In this document: one piece after another, positions 19,495 to 28,558 of the stretch
How the letters are laid out: each line of letters starts with the position of its first letter
Position numbering within the stretch: the stretch's first letter is position 1
Origin: a virus
DNA length: 64,000 nt
Reading direction: 5' to 3' (one strand)
Virus record (IMG/VR): IMGVR_UViG_3300047444_000198
Span: 1 to 64,000 of that record
Translations under genes and position numbers: made by a program
Notes under the pieces: generated by a model
Seen by the model: the letters and a program-made list of their open reading frames with translations, nothing else
What the model was told of the DNA's origin: nothing
Database searches by the model: none

Positions 19495-19672
19495 CTTCTC
19501 CTCGGTGCCTGCGGATGGTCTCCCACGCCCGCACGAACGTCACGAAGCCCCACCCCAGGGCCACCATGATCGTCCACAGCATGGCCACGATGGCGATGGC
19601 CTTGGGCCAGCCACCGATGGGTGAGACCGGCGCCTTGGAGTTGTTGAGGCTCTGCGCGAAGAGATGGATCAC
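19481..19672 (-). CDS. Small membrane protein
   Basis: One hydrophobic helix; GTG overlaps the upstream TGA. Confidence 0.5.
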   Translation of the reverse strand: MIHLFAQSLNNSKAPVSPIGGWPKAIAIVAMLWTIMVALGWGFVTFVRAWETIRRHRGEDGWE

Positions 19673-19821
19673 TTGATGACCTCGATCGCTTGCCACGACA
19701 GCAGCATCGTGGGCTTGGGGAAGTGCCCGTCAGCATCAACGGGATGGATGATGCTGACAGCGTCCATACTGACCATCACGTTGTCGCACACGTACACGGT
19801 GCCGTCCACAATGACCTTCAC
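19669..19821 (-). CDS. 50-aa hypothetical protein (not in the ORF track)
   Basis: Manual translation MKVIVDGTVYVCDNVMVSMD...QAIEVIK; GTGA overlaps at both ends; GAGGAGG upstream. Confidence 0.55.
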   Translation of the reverse strand: MKVIVDGTVYVCDNVMVSMDAVSIIHPVDADGHFPKPTMLLSWQAIEVIK

Positions 19822-20039
19822 CGGCCCGGGTCCTCCTCGTAGTCACCGATGTGACTACGGACCTCAGCCATCTCCTGGGTGATGTCCATGCCCTTGGGCC
19901 AGATCATCGCCCACAGCTTCTCGTAGAGGCGGAACGTGAGCGGGCTGAAACGCACCGGGGCGCAGTGGATGGCGGCGTTCATCTTGTCGGCGTGGTAGTT
20001 CTGCTCGAAACACCACAGCAGCACCTCATGTACGTCCAT
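19818..20039 (-). CDS. Hypothetical protein
   Basis: MDVHEVLLW...; begins immediately after the tRNA. Confidence 0.55.
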   Translation of the reverse strand: MDVHEVLLWCFEQNYHADKMNAAIHCAPVRFSPLTFRLYEKLWAMIWPKGMDITQEMAEVRSHIGDYEEDPGR

Positions 20040-20040
20040 G

Positions 20041-20114
20041 TCGGGGTGACAGGACTTGAACCTGCGACCTCTGGTCCCCCAGACCAGCGCGCTAACCAAC
20101 TGCGCCACACCCCG
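20041..20114 (-). tRNA. tRNA-Pro(GGG)
   Basis: CGGGGTG acceptor, TGGCGCAGTTGGTTAGCGC D-arm, CTGGT-CTGGGGG-ACCAG anticodon arm, GGTTCAAGTCC T-arm, CACCCCG-A. CCA not encoded. Confidence 0.95.
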
Positions 20115-20171
20115 GCGAGAAGGGGAACGATCACGCTGTGACCCGGAACGCCCCCCAACTCGACGCTGAAC

Positions 20172-20561
20172 CTAGCTCTTGAAGACACCTTGGGCGACGA
20201 AGGACGTCACCACCGGATCATCGATCGGACCCTGCTTCACGGTGCCGGAGCACTCGTAGGTGGCACTGGGTACGAGGGGCGCCTTGAAGAAGCCGTCCAC
20301 CTGCGTGCCGTTGAAGAAGATCTGGAGCGAGTAGGGCTGGAACTTGGAGCCGTCCGGCAGGAACACCGGGCCGCTCCCGTTGCCCTGCACCGTGAACGAG
20401 GTGAAGAAGTTCCCCAGCCCCGGCTGCAAGGGCGTGCAGGTCACGAACGGGAACACGATGGCCTTCTGGCTGTTGAACGGGGCCGCACCAGCCGGGAGAG
20501 CCATGCCCAAGACGGCAGCGCCCCCGACCGCTCCGGCGAGGAGCTTTCGCATGAGTGTCAT
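20172..20561 (-). CDS. Secreted hypothetical protein
   Basis: Signal peptide MRKLLAGAVGGAAVLGMALPAGA. Confidence 0.65.
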   Translation of the reverse strand: MTLMRKLLAGAVGGAAVLGMALPAGAAPFNSQKAIVFPFVTCTPLQPGLGNFFTSFTVQGNGSGPVFLPDGSKFQPYSLQIFFNGTQVDGFFKAPLVPSATYECSGTVKQGPIDDPVVTSFVAQGVFKS

Positions 20562-20581
20562 GGTGCGGGACCATAACACGG

Positions 20582-20618
20582 AAGAAGCCCCCGGCCGGGA
20601 GGGGCTAGGGGCTTCTTG
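20582..20618 (-). terminator. Stem-loop, putative terminator
   Basis: AAGAAGCCCC...GGGGCTTCTT 10-bp inverted repeat in an intergenic gap. Confidence 0.5.
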
Positions 20619-20670
20619 CCGGAACCTGGATGTCCATCGTGTCACCGAAGAACCACCAAGGACTCCTACT

Positions 20671-21012
20671 TTACCTCGGATTCGGTGTCTTTACAAGTCG
20701 CCGTCGCCGGGGTGCTGGTGGTGGGACCGTGAGGGTGCCTGCGGCCTCCCGGAAGGAGATCACCGCACGCCTGCTGACCTGGGCCTGGAGGTCATGGACG
20801 TCGTCGTCACCGTTGCCGTGAATCTGCGCCACGTGCTGGCCATGGCGGGCTTCCACGAGCCGCCACAGCCAGTCGAACGCCGCTGCGTCCAGGTTGACCT
20901 GGTAGAAGGGCTCGATCCGCTGGAGATGCTTCTTGCCCTGACCTGCTGGTATCGATGGTGGCCCGGTACCAGCAACGGGCTCCATGTCAGGCGGCGGTCT
21001 TCTTCGAGGCAC
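20671..21012 (-). CDS. Hypothetical protein
   Basis: Fills the operon between flanking genes. Confidence 0.5.
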   Translation of the reverse strand: MPRRRPPPDMEPVAGTGPPSIPAGQGKKHLQRIEPFYQVNLDAAAFDWLWRLVEARHGQHVAQIHGNGDDDVHDLQAQVSRRAVISFREAAGTLTVPPPAPRRRRLVKTPNPR

Positions 21013-21496
21013 GCTTGGACACGACCTTGGCCGGTGTCGCGGGCCGCTTGGTAGCTGCCTTGGCCGGTGCCGCCTTCTTGGCCGGAGCCTTCTTGACCGC
21101 TGGCTTCCGGACTGCTGCCTTCTTCACGGGGACAGCGGTGCCTCGATGGTTCCCCTTGCGCCGCTCGTAGGCCTCGTGCTGCTTCTGGCGGCAGAGGTTC
21201 CCGTGGCAGCCCGACTGGTAGCGGTAGATGCTGGCGTAGGGGCAGACCGACGAATCGCTGTCGGGCTCGACCGCACAGACCCCCCGCTGGCGGATGGCGA
21301 TGAGTGGCAGAGGCTTCCGTCCTGGTCGCTCAGCCTCCAACATCTCGATCCGCTGCTCTAGAGAGTCGATACGGTGCCCATCGTTGAGGACGGGCTTGCG
21401 GGGTGCCGGAGCCTTGACGGGTACCGCCTTGGTCACCGCCTTGGGAGCCCGCTTTCGGGGCTCTCTCGTCTTCGTGGGTGTTGAGGTTCGGGCCAC
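20987..21496 (-). CDS. Histone H1/HupB-like Lys/Ala/Pro-rich DNA-binding protein with a Cys motif
   Basis: KKAPAKKAAPAKAATK tail; central C..C..Y..GC...C; AAGGA upstream. Confidence 0.6.
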   Translation of the reverse strand: MARTSTPTKTREPRKRAPKAVTKAVPVKAPAPRKPVLNDGHRIDSLEQRIEMLEAERPGRKPLPLIAIRQRGVCAVEPDSDSSVCPYASIYRYQSGCHGNLCRQKQHEAYERRKGNHRGTAVPVKKAAVRKPAVKKAPAKKAAPAKAATKRPATPAKVVSKRASKKTAA

Positions 21497-21541
21497 GCTG
21501 AATCCTTTCCGTCGTGCTGTGTCATCGTACCAGTGCCCGAA

Positions 21542-21763
21542 TCAGAAGAGTCTCATCTGAGCGGTCTCAGGATGCTCCTCGAAATACCCCTGGAACAGTT
21601 CCGTGAAGGTGGTGAGCAGAAGCTCCATGGCGTCAGTGTCAGTGCTGTCAACGAACCGCAACCTGTCCACGAAGCCCATCTCATCCACCTCCACGACGTC
21701 ATGGTCGAGCCCGTAGCGGCGGAAGAGCTTGTTGATCTCAGCGGCGATCTGTTGCAAGGTCAT
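21542..21763 (-). CDS. Hypothetical protein
   Basis: ATGA-coupled to whiB; ends in QMRLF. Confidence 0.55.
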   Translation of the reverse strand: MTLQQIAAEINKLFRRYGLDHDVVEVDEMGFVDRLRFVDSTDTDAMELLLTTFTELFQGYFEEHPETAQMRLF

Positions 21764-22041
21764 GACGCGACGTTACCCCGTTGCTGTTCCCTACGAAGAC
21801 GCTGCGCCCGTGTGCGGATGATGCTCCGTCGTTCCTTGTCACTGGCCCCACCCCACACGCCCCAGCGCTCCCGGTACCGCAGGGCGTGCTCCAGGCACTC
21901 GCCCCGCACCGGACACTTGGCACAGACTCTCTTGGGGGTGTCGGTGTCGCCGCCCCGCTCGGGGAAGAAGAGTTCTGGGTCGATCCCTCGACACGCAGCT
22001 TCAGCTTGCCAATCCAGGCTTGTCTCGTTGTTCCAGAGCAC
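21760..22041 (-). CDS. whiB: WhiB-family transcription factor (WhiB/WhiB2-like)
   Basis: WQAEAAC..DPELFFPERG...CAKCPVRGEC..AL...GVWGG.S..ERR. Confidence 0.95.
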   Translation of the reverse strand: MLWNNETSLDWQAEAACRGIDPELFFPERGGDTDTPKRVCAKCPVRGECLEHALRYRERWGVWGGASDKERRSIIRTRAQRLRREQQRGNVAS

Positions 22042-22258
22042 GCAACGCCTCCAGGGCCATCTCGGCGTGCGCGACGGCTTGGTTGATCTTGGTCGGGTCG
22101 ATGATCCGGGAGTCCCGCCAGACAGACAGGTTGAAACCCGCCATCATGATCTCGACCTCGGCGTAATCGATCAGGTCGCGCAGTGGCAGCGACACGAGAC
22201 GCGCACTGACACTGACGGGGTCAGGAGGCTGGTGGCGGTTCCGACGTACCAGGCCCAC
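22001..22258 (-). CDS. Hypothetical protein
   Basis: Helical ORF tiling the operon; start uncertain. Confidence 0.45.
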   Translation of the reverse strand: MGLVRRNRHQPPDPVSVSARLVSLPLRDLIDYAEVEIMMAGFNLSVWRDSRIIDPTKINQAVAHAEMALEALRALEQRDKPGLAS

Positions 22259-22514
22259 GCCACGCTCCGATTTCCGCAGGGTCGAACTCCAGATTCCGAA
22301 CGCCCAACTGCTTGTACACGTCCATGTCGGGCTCAGGATTGGGGTGACACCGGCCCACCTGGATGGCCCTGTGACCGATCCTGAGCCGCACACCACTACC
22401 GAGGCGCCAGGGCTCGGCCCGCTCCCGGAACCAGGCCCGCGACACGATCTTGGATTCGTCGGTGTAGCTCTCCCACCCCACGTACACGCTACGGACGCTC
22501 TTGAGGGTCAGCAT
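22221..22514 (-). CDS. Hypothetical protein
   Basis: ATG 22514 overlaps the upstream TGA; E..EPWR.G.G motif. Confidence 0.55.
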   Translation of the reverse strand: MLTLKSVRSVYVGWESYTDESKIVSRAWFRERAEPWRLGSGVRLRIGHRAIQVGRCHPNPEPDMDVYKQLGVRNLEFDPAEIGAWRGPGTSEPPPAS

Positions 22515-22927
22515 CAGTACCCGCCGTCGTAGGGGCGGTAGGGGAAGGTGTTGAGCGTGTGGTTGACGTACTGGCCCTGCGAACCCGCCGACCGGAAGCC
22601 CGTCCACACAGCCGGAGGCACGGCGTCGTAGACGTAGGGCTGGTTGCCGTTGACCCACTCCAGGATCAACTGACGGCGGCTCGGGCTGTAGCGCCCGCTC
22701 GCCACCCGGGTCGAGTTGAAGTAGTCGTCCTCCCAGTCATCGACGTCGTCAGCGAAGGTGATGACCGCTTCGTGAATCCGCCGCCGTGCACTGGTGGTAT
22801 CAAGGTCCGGCCCGGTCCCCATGTCTGAGGACCGGGCCGTGGCGCCGTACCGGGGGCTGCGTTTGCGGCTCTTGGGTGCGTCACCGAAGAGCGACTGCTG
22901 TCCAGGAACCTGCCTACGCTGCGCCAT
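22514..22927 (-). CDS. KTSC-domain protein
   Basis: STRV....YS....LILEW.NG..YVYDAVP..VW..F..AGSQGQYVN. Confidence 0.8.
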   Translation of the reverse strand: MAQRRQVPGQQSLFGDAPKSRKRSPRYGATARSSDMGTGPDLDTTSARRRIHEAVITFADDVDDWEDDYFNSTRVASGRYSPSRRQLILEWVNGNQPYVYDAVPPAVWTGFRSAGSQGQYVNHTLNTFPYRPYDGGY

Positions 22928-23276
22928 CCCCTTCATCCTGGCTCTCGGGCACGCCACCCGTCCAGCGGAATGTCAGGTTCTTGATGATCTCGTCACGCTG
23001 CTCGGGCCATGTGGTCAGCATCTCGATCACGGTCTTGCACCTGATCACACCCTCGATGATCTGCGGAATCAGGTCTTGGAGATCCTGCGCCGTGAAGGCC
23101 AGCGGCACTACACACTGCCCCTCGACCCCGGCGTGATGAGCCAACTGCTCCCCTATGGCATCCACAGGGATGACAGCATTCAGTACCAGCACCGGGTCCT
23201 GGGTCTCCTCGAAGAAGGAGATGCCGAGGTTCATCCCCAGGACCCGGGGGATCATCGCAACTTCGTCGTCAGCCAT
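22914..23276 (-). CDS. Hypothetical protein
   Basis: 120-aa acidic ORF. Confidence 0.55.
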   Translation of the reverse strand: MADDEVAMIPRVLGMNLGISFFEETQDPVLVLNAVIPVDAIGEQLAHHAGVEGQCVVPLAFTAQDLQDLIPQIIEGVIRCKTVIEMLTTWPEQRDEIIKNLTFRWTGGVPESQDEGDGAA

Positions 23277-23297
23277 GAGGCCGGACCCTAACAGGGG

Positions 23298-24026
23298 TCA
23301 ACCGCAGGCCCGCCCGGTAACCGGGTCGCCGCGAAGGACCCACGGACACCAGCCCTGGGTGTGCCATAGCTCCAGCGACTTGGCCAGATTGAGTTCCGGC
23401 TGGACCTCCTGATACACCGGCATCCAGGCGCACAACTGCATGAGGCCCATGGCGTAGTTGCGCCCGCCGCAGTGGCTCCCGGAGCGAGCCGAGGGGTTGC
23501 AGCCCGACTCCCGGTGCATGACGTACATCACCGTCCTCATCTGGCTCTCGGGCCAGCCCACGTCGAGCGCCATCTGGTAGTACTGCGGACACTGCGCCCA
23601 CGACGGCGGGTCCGGTGGCGCAGCGGGTGTCTCCGGTGGATGGCAGGAGGCGTCGTCGGTGACGCATACGCCCGCCGCTACTCGCACCGCAGGAGCAGGT
23701 GTCGGGTCAGCCGGTATGGCGTCAGCGGTCAGAGCAGCAGCAGGTGGGGCAGGTGCAGCCACCTCGGCGCTCGCAGTCGGCTCCGGTGGAGCAGGAGCCG
23801 TAGTCGTTGGCTCAACCGTCGCAGGTGGCGCTGTCGTCGGTGGAGCAGTGGTTGTGGGATCGGGTAGGGCGGTTGTTGTAGTGGTTGTCGGCACATCGGG
23901 TGCCGCAGTTGTTGGCTCATCAACCGTGGTCACCTCGGTGGATGAATGCTGGGGAAGCAGCACCGCCACGCACAAACCCAAGAGGGCTATCAAGAACGCG
24001 TAACGATACCGCTGGGTGGATGTCAT
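23298..24026 (-). CDS. Membrane-anchored lytic transglycosylase (SLT-like) with Pro/Thr linker
   Basis: N-terminal TM segment, TTTT/P linker, VMHRESGCNP (catalytic Glu), GLMQ, GWCPW. Confidence 0.8.
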   Translation of the reverse strand: MTSTQRYRYAFLIALLGLCVAVLLPQHSSTEVTTVDEPTTAAPDVPTTTTTTALPDPTTTAPPTTAPPATVEPTTTAPAPPEPTASAEVAAPAPPAAALTADAIPADPTPAPAVRVAAGVCVTDDASCHPPETPAAPPDPPSWAQCPQYYQMALDVGWPESQMRTVMYVMHRESGCNPSARSGSHCGGRNYAMGLMQLCAWMPVYQEVQPELNLAKSLELWHTQGWCPWVLRGDPVTGRACG

Positions 24027-24064
24027 GGAACCGTAGCATTGTAAGGTTAGCGCACGGTGTCAAG

Positions 24065-24289
24065 TCATGAAGGCCTGGGCAGGCGCTTCATCACCTTCGT
24101 CTTTGTTGGCTTAACACCACGCTCGACCTGCATCAGACCATGACCACGAGGATCTGGTACCCAATCGTAGGGACGGCACTTGGGGCAGTCCACGTCGCTG
24201 TACCACACGGTGGCGTCTTCACGAGCACAGCGGGCGCCACACTTGGCGACGACGCCCGCATGCGTCTGATCCTTCAACAGGTGCTTCAC
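24065..24289 (-). CDS. Small zinc-binding protein
   Basis: H...CG...CxxC pattern. Confidence 0.5.
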   Translation of the reverse strand: MKHLLKDQTHAGVVAKCGARCAREDATVWYSDVDCPKCRPYDWVPDPRGHGLMQVERGVKPTKTKVMKRLPRPS

Positions 24290-24474
24290 GCCTCGTCCAC
24301 GTCCCAGATGGAGATGTTGAACGTCGCGTCACTGTCGCCCTCGCCCACCTCAAGGTCTTCGGGAAGCTCGATCCTGACAAGCTCCATGATCGCTTCCAAG
24401 ACCTGCCCCCTGGTGGCTTGCGCCGTGCCATCCACATGTTCGACCGAGACGTTGAGCGTAAGAGTGAAGTCCAT
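24286..24474 (-). CDS. Hypothetical protein, leaderless
   Basis: TACACT, 6 nt, ATG. Confidence 0.55.
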   Translation of the reverse strand: MDFTLTLNVSVEHVDGTAQATRGQVLEAIMELVRIELPEDLEVGEGDSDATFNISIWDVDEA

Positions 24475-24550
24475 GGTCCCAGTGTAGTGGTGTTAGGGTA
24501 CGGGATGTGTTAAAGTGGGGGAATCTGGTGGAAGATGGGGAGGACGGCCT

Positions 24551-24847
24551 ATGCCCGTGAACGCTGTGGACTACACGAGATGCCGGACCTACGGCCACGC
24601 CTGGTTCGACGCCGACTCAGATTGGAAGTCAGACCGGGGAGTGCCAGTAACGCTGCGCTGTGAGCGCTGCATGATGGAGCGGAGGGAAGTATGGAGCCGG
24701 ACCAGCGGACACCTGATGTATCGGACGTACATCAGACCGAGGGACTACCTGTACGCCCGGGGGGAGAGGCCATCGAAGGACGACTTCCGTCTGGCGATGC
24801 TGGCCCTGAGGCTACGGGAGGCCCGCAAGCTCAAGGCGGTCCGGTGA
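24551..24847 (+). CDS. Hypothetical Cys/His protein
   Basis: C..YGH.W...RCERC...YP-like pattern; first gene of the plus-strand operon. Confidence 0.6.
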   Translation: MPVNAVDYTRCRTYGHAWFDADSDWKSDRGVPVTLRCERCMMERREVWSRTSGHLMYRTYIRPRDYLYARGERPSKDDFRLAMLALRLREARKLKAVR

Positions 24848-25245
24848 TGCCACCCATTACCAAGCCCAAGCCCAAACCCAAGCCGTTCGTCTGTGACATC
24901 CCCGGCTGCACGTGGGGACTGGATGGTGGGCCAGCGTCCTACGCCATGCCCCAGCACCTCGGGCTGCACAAGTACCACAAGCACGGCATCAAGGGCGAGA
25001 CCCGTCTCACCAGGAAGAGGGCCGGAGAACCACCCCAGCCCCGACCCATCGGCCGACCCCCCAAGAACGGGTCCCCGCCCCAACAACGCAAGATCCGCGC
25101 TCTGGACGCCGAGGAAGTGTGCCGCATGGTGCTGGAGACGGTGAGCCCCAGTGGAACCATCCCCATCGACGCCATCGGCGCCTACAACGACTGGGTCATG
25201 GCGACGGAGGCGTTCATGCACAAGATGGTGGTGGGTCGTGCCTAG
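24847..25245 (+). CDS. C2H2 zinc-finger plus AT-hook protein
   Basis: KPFVCDIPGC...HLGLHKYHKH and RPIGRPPK. ATG 24847 is coupled to the upstream stop. Confidence 0.6.
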   Translation: MPPITKPKPKPKPFVCDIPGCTWGLDGGPASYAMPQHLGLHKYHKHGIKGETRLTRKRAGEPPQPRPIGRPPKNGSPPQQRKIRALDAEEVCRMVLETVSPSGTIPIDAIGAYNDWVMATEAFMHKMVVGRA

Positions 25246-25423
25246 ACCACGAACCAAGGGCCGACAACCTGCCGCTGACGGCCGTGTGTACATAACACTG
25301 CGGCTCGACCCGGGTCTACTGGAACGACTGGACGGGGAGGCCGAGGCGCGCATCGTCAGCCGCACCTTCCTCGTGGAGAAAGCTGTTGACGAGTGGCTTG
25401 AGGCGCACGAAGGTGCAGCATGA
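25238..25423 (+). CDS. Ribbon-helix-helix (CopG-like) DNA-binding protein
   Basis: YITLRLDPGLLERLD..AEAR.VSRTFLVEKAVDEWL. Confidence 0.75.
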   Translation: MPRPRTKGRQPAADGRVYITLRLDPGLLERLDGEAEARIVSRTFLVEKAVDEWLEAHEGAA

Positions 25424-26151
25424 AGCTCGTCACCCAACGCTGCTCCCACTGCACCACATGCAAGGCCTCCCCGGCTCACGCCCTGTACCAGTGCGAGGCC
25501 ATAATCAGCCCGCTCAGCCCGGTGGTCACCATGGAGGGCATCCGCCAGATCCAGGAGTCCCTAGCTCAGGAGACCCTGACTCAGGAGACCCTGAATCCGC
25601 ACATCACCAGGACGCGCATCGAGGAAGAGATGAAGAGGGTGAACGAGCTACAGGCCCTTGAGGGGCTGCTGCCCCGGGAACTACTGCCCCACCAACGAAG
25701 GATGCTGGAGCAGGCCTGGAACACAAACCGTGGACAACGGCTCTCAGAGCGGAACCCTCAGGAGCAGAGGGTCCCTCACCCTCAGGACATGGACCACGCG
25801 CCGAGCTTCATCAGCCCCCGGCTCACCAAGACGATCCAGACAGCCTGCAAGCAGGACGAGCGCATGGACTTCGCCTGGACCCAGATCACCGGCCGGGTCC
25901 AGTCAGGCCTGGACGACTACATCGTGCAGGGTGTCTTCGATACGTTGATTCAACTTTTCAAGATATGGGACGACGACAAGGCCCAGCGGGACGAGAGAAA
26001 CCTCAACAACATCCGTTCCCTCGGGGAGGCCGCTCGTGAAGCACTGGACGCCTTCGAGAGCGCCAAAGACCGAGAGAGCGTCCTGTACATGGTGGACACC
26101 ATGGAAGAACTAGACGCCGCCCTCTACGACCTCACGCAGAAGGACACCTGA
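25420..26151 (+). CDS. Hypothetical protein
   Basis: 243-aa ORF with ATGA coupling. Confidence 0.6.
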   Translation: MKLVTQRCSHCTTCKASPAHALYQCEAIISPLSPVVTMEGIRQIQESLAQETLTQETLNPHITRTRIEEEMKRVNELQALEGLLPRELLPHQRRMLEQAWNTNRGQRLSERNPQEQRVPHPQDMDHAPSFISPRLTKTIQTACKQDERMDFAWTQITGRVQSGLDDYIVQGVFDTLIQLFKIWDDDKAQRDERNLNNIRSLGEAAREALDAFESAKDRESVLYMVDTMEELDAALYDLTQKDT

Positions 26152-26507
26152 TGCCCACTGACACTGACGATCCATGGCAGCACCCTGACACCAAGGCATG
26201 GCTGGAGAACACTCGCAAGAGGCTGCCACCCATGATCCGAGACTCGATGATCACCGTCTCCCTGGTACCAGATGAGGCCCGCAACTCTGACCTCAAGTTC
26301 GCCGTCGAGCTAGGGCTCAGCATCATGTTCGACAAGCCGATCCTGTGCGTTATCAAGCCTGGCATGCAGGTCCCTGAACACTTGGTGCGGGTAGCCGACC
26401 TGATCGTGGAGTGCGACTTGAACAACCCTCGGGACCGAGAGCGCCTGGGAGAGGCCATCGCCAAGTTCGCGAAACAGTACGGCGAACCCAACGATGACGT
26501 GGCCTGA
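26151..26507 (+). CDS. Hypothetical protein (weak nucleoside deoxyribosyltransferase-like motif)
   Basis: AVELG.SIMFDKPIL resembles the NDT-family E.G...KP motif. Confidence 0.45.
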   Translation: MPTDTDDPWQHPDTKAWLENTRKRLPPMIRDSMITVSLVPDEARNSDLKFAVELGLSIMFDKPILCVIKPGMQVPEHLVRVADLIVECDLNNPRDRERLGEAIAKFAKQYGEPNDDVA

Positions 26508-26727
26508 GTGGATGACTCAACTGGAGGTTGACCGCATGCACACGATCCGGCTACGCCGACGCTGGTGGCGGCGGATCAACCTGGAGTGCATCGAGTGCAA
26601 CGAGTGCCTGGCCAGTGGGCGCTCAGGGGAACCCTGGCTGACACCAGCCAAGCTGTGGGGCTACGAGCAGATGCACAAGGGTCGAAAGACTCAGGGTCCA
26701 CCGATTCCGAATCAGGTACAATCCTGA
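26494..26727 (+). CDS. Hypothetical protein
   Basis: 77-aa ORF with CxxC. Confidence 0.45.
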   Translation: MTWPEWMTQLEVDRMHTIRLRRRWWRRINLECIECNECLASGRSGEPWLTPAKLWGYEQMHKGRKTQGPPIPNQVQS

Positions 26728-26728
26728 C

Positions 26729-27847
26729 ATGACCGCAGGAGGGAAGACCGGTGGCATGGAGGTCACCTACGCCCTACGAGGCGACAAGCTCGTGATCCTG
26801 GCCGCAGACGGCAGTGAGGTCGAGGTGGACAGAGACCGAGTAGCGGAAACACTCGCCACCCGAGAAGCCATCATCAACAGCATCCCCATCGAGATCCGGC
26901 CTCAGATGGTGCCCGAGCACCGGCTGGACATGGCCCGCACAGCGCTCATCATGAGCCAGTCAGAGTTCTTCGCCAGCAACCCCGACATGGCCCCATACTC
27001 CATGGAGTGGATGCTGGGCGAGATCATGTACGGCGACCTGTACTGGGTCAGCCCCGACATGTGCTCGTTGCTACAACACGCCGCACCGTCACTGCCGCCG
27101 ACCACGCTCACGCCCGACCTGCTGCCATCGAAGTCCGGCGTGCTGTTCTTCGCCACGCCGCTCGTGGGGATTGACGCCCGAGCGGACTTCGACCGCATCC
27201 TCGTGCAGGCCATGGTGTGGGGGCCGTCCAAGTACGACATCGAGAAGGGCACCCGAGCCGACGTTCACCACACGTCTCCCGCACACGAACGAGACGTCGC
27301 TGTCTACACGGTTCCCAGCGACTCCCCAGCGCTCCAGGAGTACGAGCGCTTCACAGGTGACGGCATCTCCATCGCCACCTGGCGCAAGTGGACCATGTGG
27401 AGCCCGCTGGGCCGCACCGACTGGCCCTTCGGCTTCGACACCGAGGGGGAGTTCGCGCCGCCCGACTTCACCGACACGCAGTTGGCCTCCATCATCGAGG
27501 ACCGCCGCATCCTGGCTGCCTTCGCCCTGTTGAGTGCACAGGAGAAGATCACCACCACGACCGAGGTGAACCCACCCAACGCCGTACGGAAGCGCCTGAC
27601 CCGAGCAGGCCACAAGGTGCCCAAGGTGCGCCTGGTGGACATCCACAAGAGCCACAAGCCGTCGAGTCAGGCCAAGGGTGAGAGGCACGTCGAGTGGACC
27701 CACCGTTGGATCGTCAAGGGTCACTGGCGCCAGCAGGCCTATGGCCCCAAGCGCCAGTTTCGGCGCCCCGTGTACATCTCCAGCCACATCAAGGGACCCG
27801 ACGACCTGCCTCTGATTGAACAGGACGTCGTCAAGGTCTGGAAGTAG
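26729..27847 (+). CDS. Conserved actinophage protein with C-terminal V.GHWR motif
   Basis: HRWIVKGHWRQQAYGP...ISSHIKGP; leaderless TACAAT, 6 nt, ATG. Confidence 0.7.
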   Translation: MTAGGKTGGMEVTYALRGDKLVILAADGSEVEVDRDRVAETLATREAIINSIPIEIRPQMVPEHRLDMARTALIMSQSEFFASNPDMAPYSMEWMLGEIMYGDLYWVSPDMCSLLQHAAPSLPPTTLTPDLLPSKSGVLFFATPLVGIDARADFDRILVQAMVWGPSKYDIEKGTRADVHHTSPAHERDVAVYTVPSDSPALQEYERFTGDGISIATWRKWTMWSPLGRTDWPFGFDTEGEFAPPDFTDTQLASIIEDRRILAAFALLSAQEKITTTTEVNPPNAVRKRLTRAGHKVPKVRLVDIHKSHKPSSQAKGERHVEWTHRWIVKGHWRQQAYGPKRQFRRPVYISSHIKGPDDLPLIEQDVVKVWK

Positions 27848-27860
27848 GGTCTCCCGCCTG

Positions 27861-28172
27861 ATGGAGCACTACTTCGACCGCCAGGGAAACCCGATCGGCC
27901 TGTTCGCCTGGGCGCGCATGTTGGAAGCCGGGGACAATCACGTGGCCCAGGACTGGATCAAGGGCGTCCGGATCTCCACCGTGTGGCTGGGGCTCAACCA
28001 CAACTTCAGCCTGGAAGGGCCACCACTGATCTTCGAGACGATGATCTTCTCCGAGACGGGCGACCTGGAGATGGACGAGTACTGCTGGCGCTGGTCCACC
28101 GAAGTGCAGGCCTTGGCCGGACACGACCAGGCGCTCGCCCTGGTGCGGGATGCCATGGCCCGCAAGTGTTAG
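27861..28172 (+). CDS. Conserved phage hypothetical protein
   Basis: ISTVWLGLNHNF..GPPLIFETMIF motif. Confidence 0.65.
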   Translation: MEHYFDRQGNPIGLFAWARMLEAGDNHVAQDWIKGVRISTVWLGLNHNFSLEGPPLIFETMIFSETGDLEMDEYCWRWSTEVQALAGHDQALALVRDAMARKC

Positions 28173-28558
28173 GGTTCTACTTCCTATGAGCGCACCATGG
28201 AACCCCAGCGGGTACCGCGCCCCCCATCGGAACCACCTCCTGAACCGCAGCAAGTGGCACCGGGACAAGCAGTTCCCCTGCTGGTGCGGCGAGAGCCTGG
28301 TGCCGCGCTACCGGATGTTGGTGGATTGCTGCGTTGACTACCTGTACATAGTGGGACCACACGTGTACCTAGACCTGGAGGAGAGCAGTGAGTCCAGAGC
28401 GGATCAGGGAACGGTGTCAGTACCTGATTGAGCGAGGCCAAGGGGACGAGCCCATCTGGACGAGCGCGCAGATGGAGGACATCGTGGTGGCGTACATGCG
28501 GGTCCTTGACGAGTATGCCCGAATCCGCACGGGCATTTCTTAGGGCTATACTGGGGAC

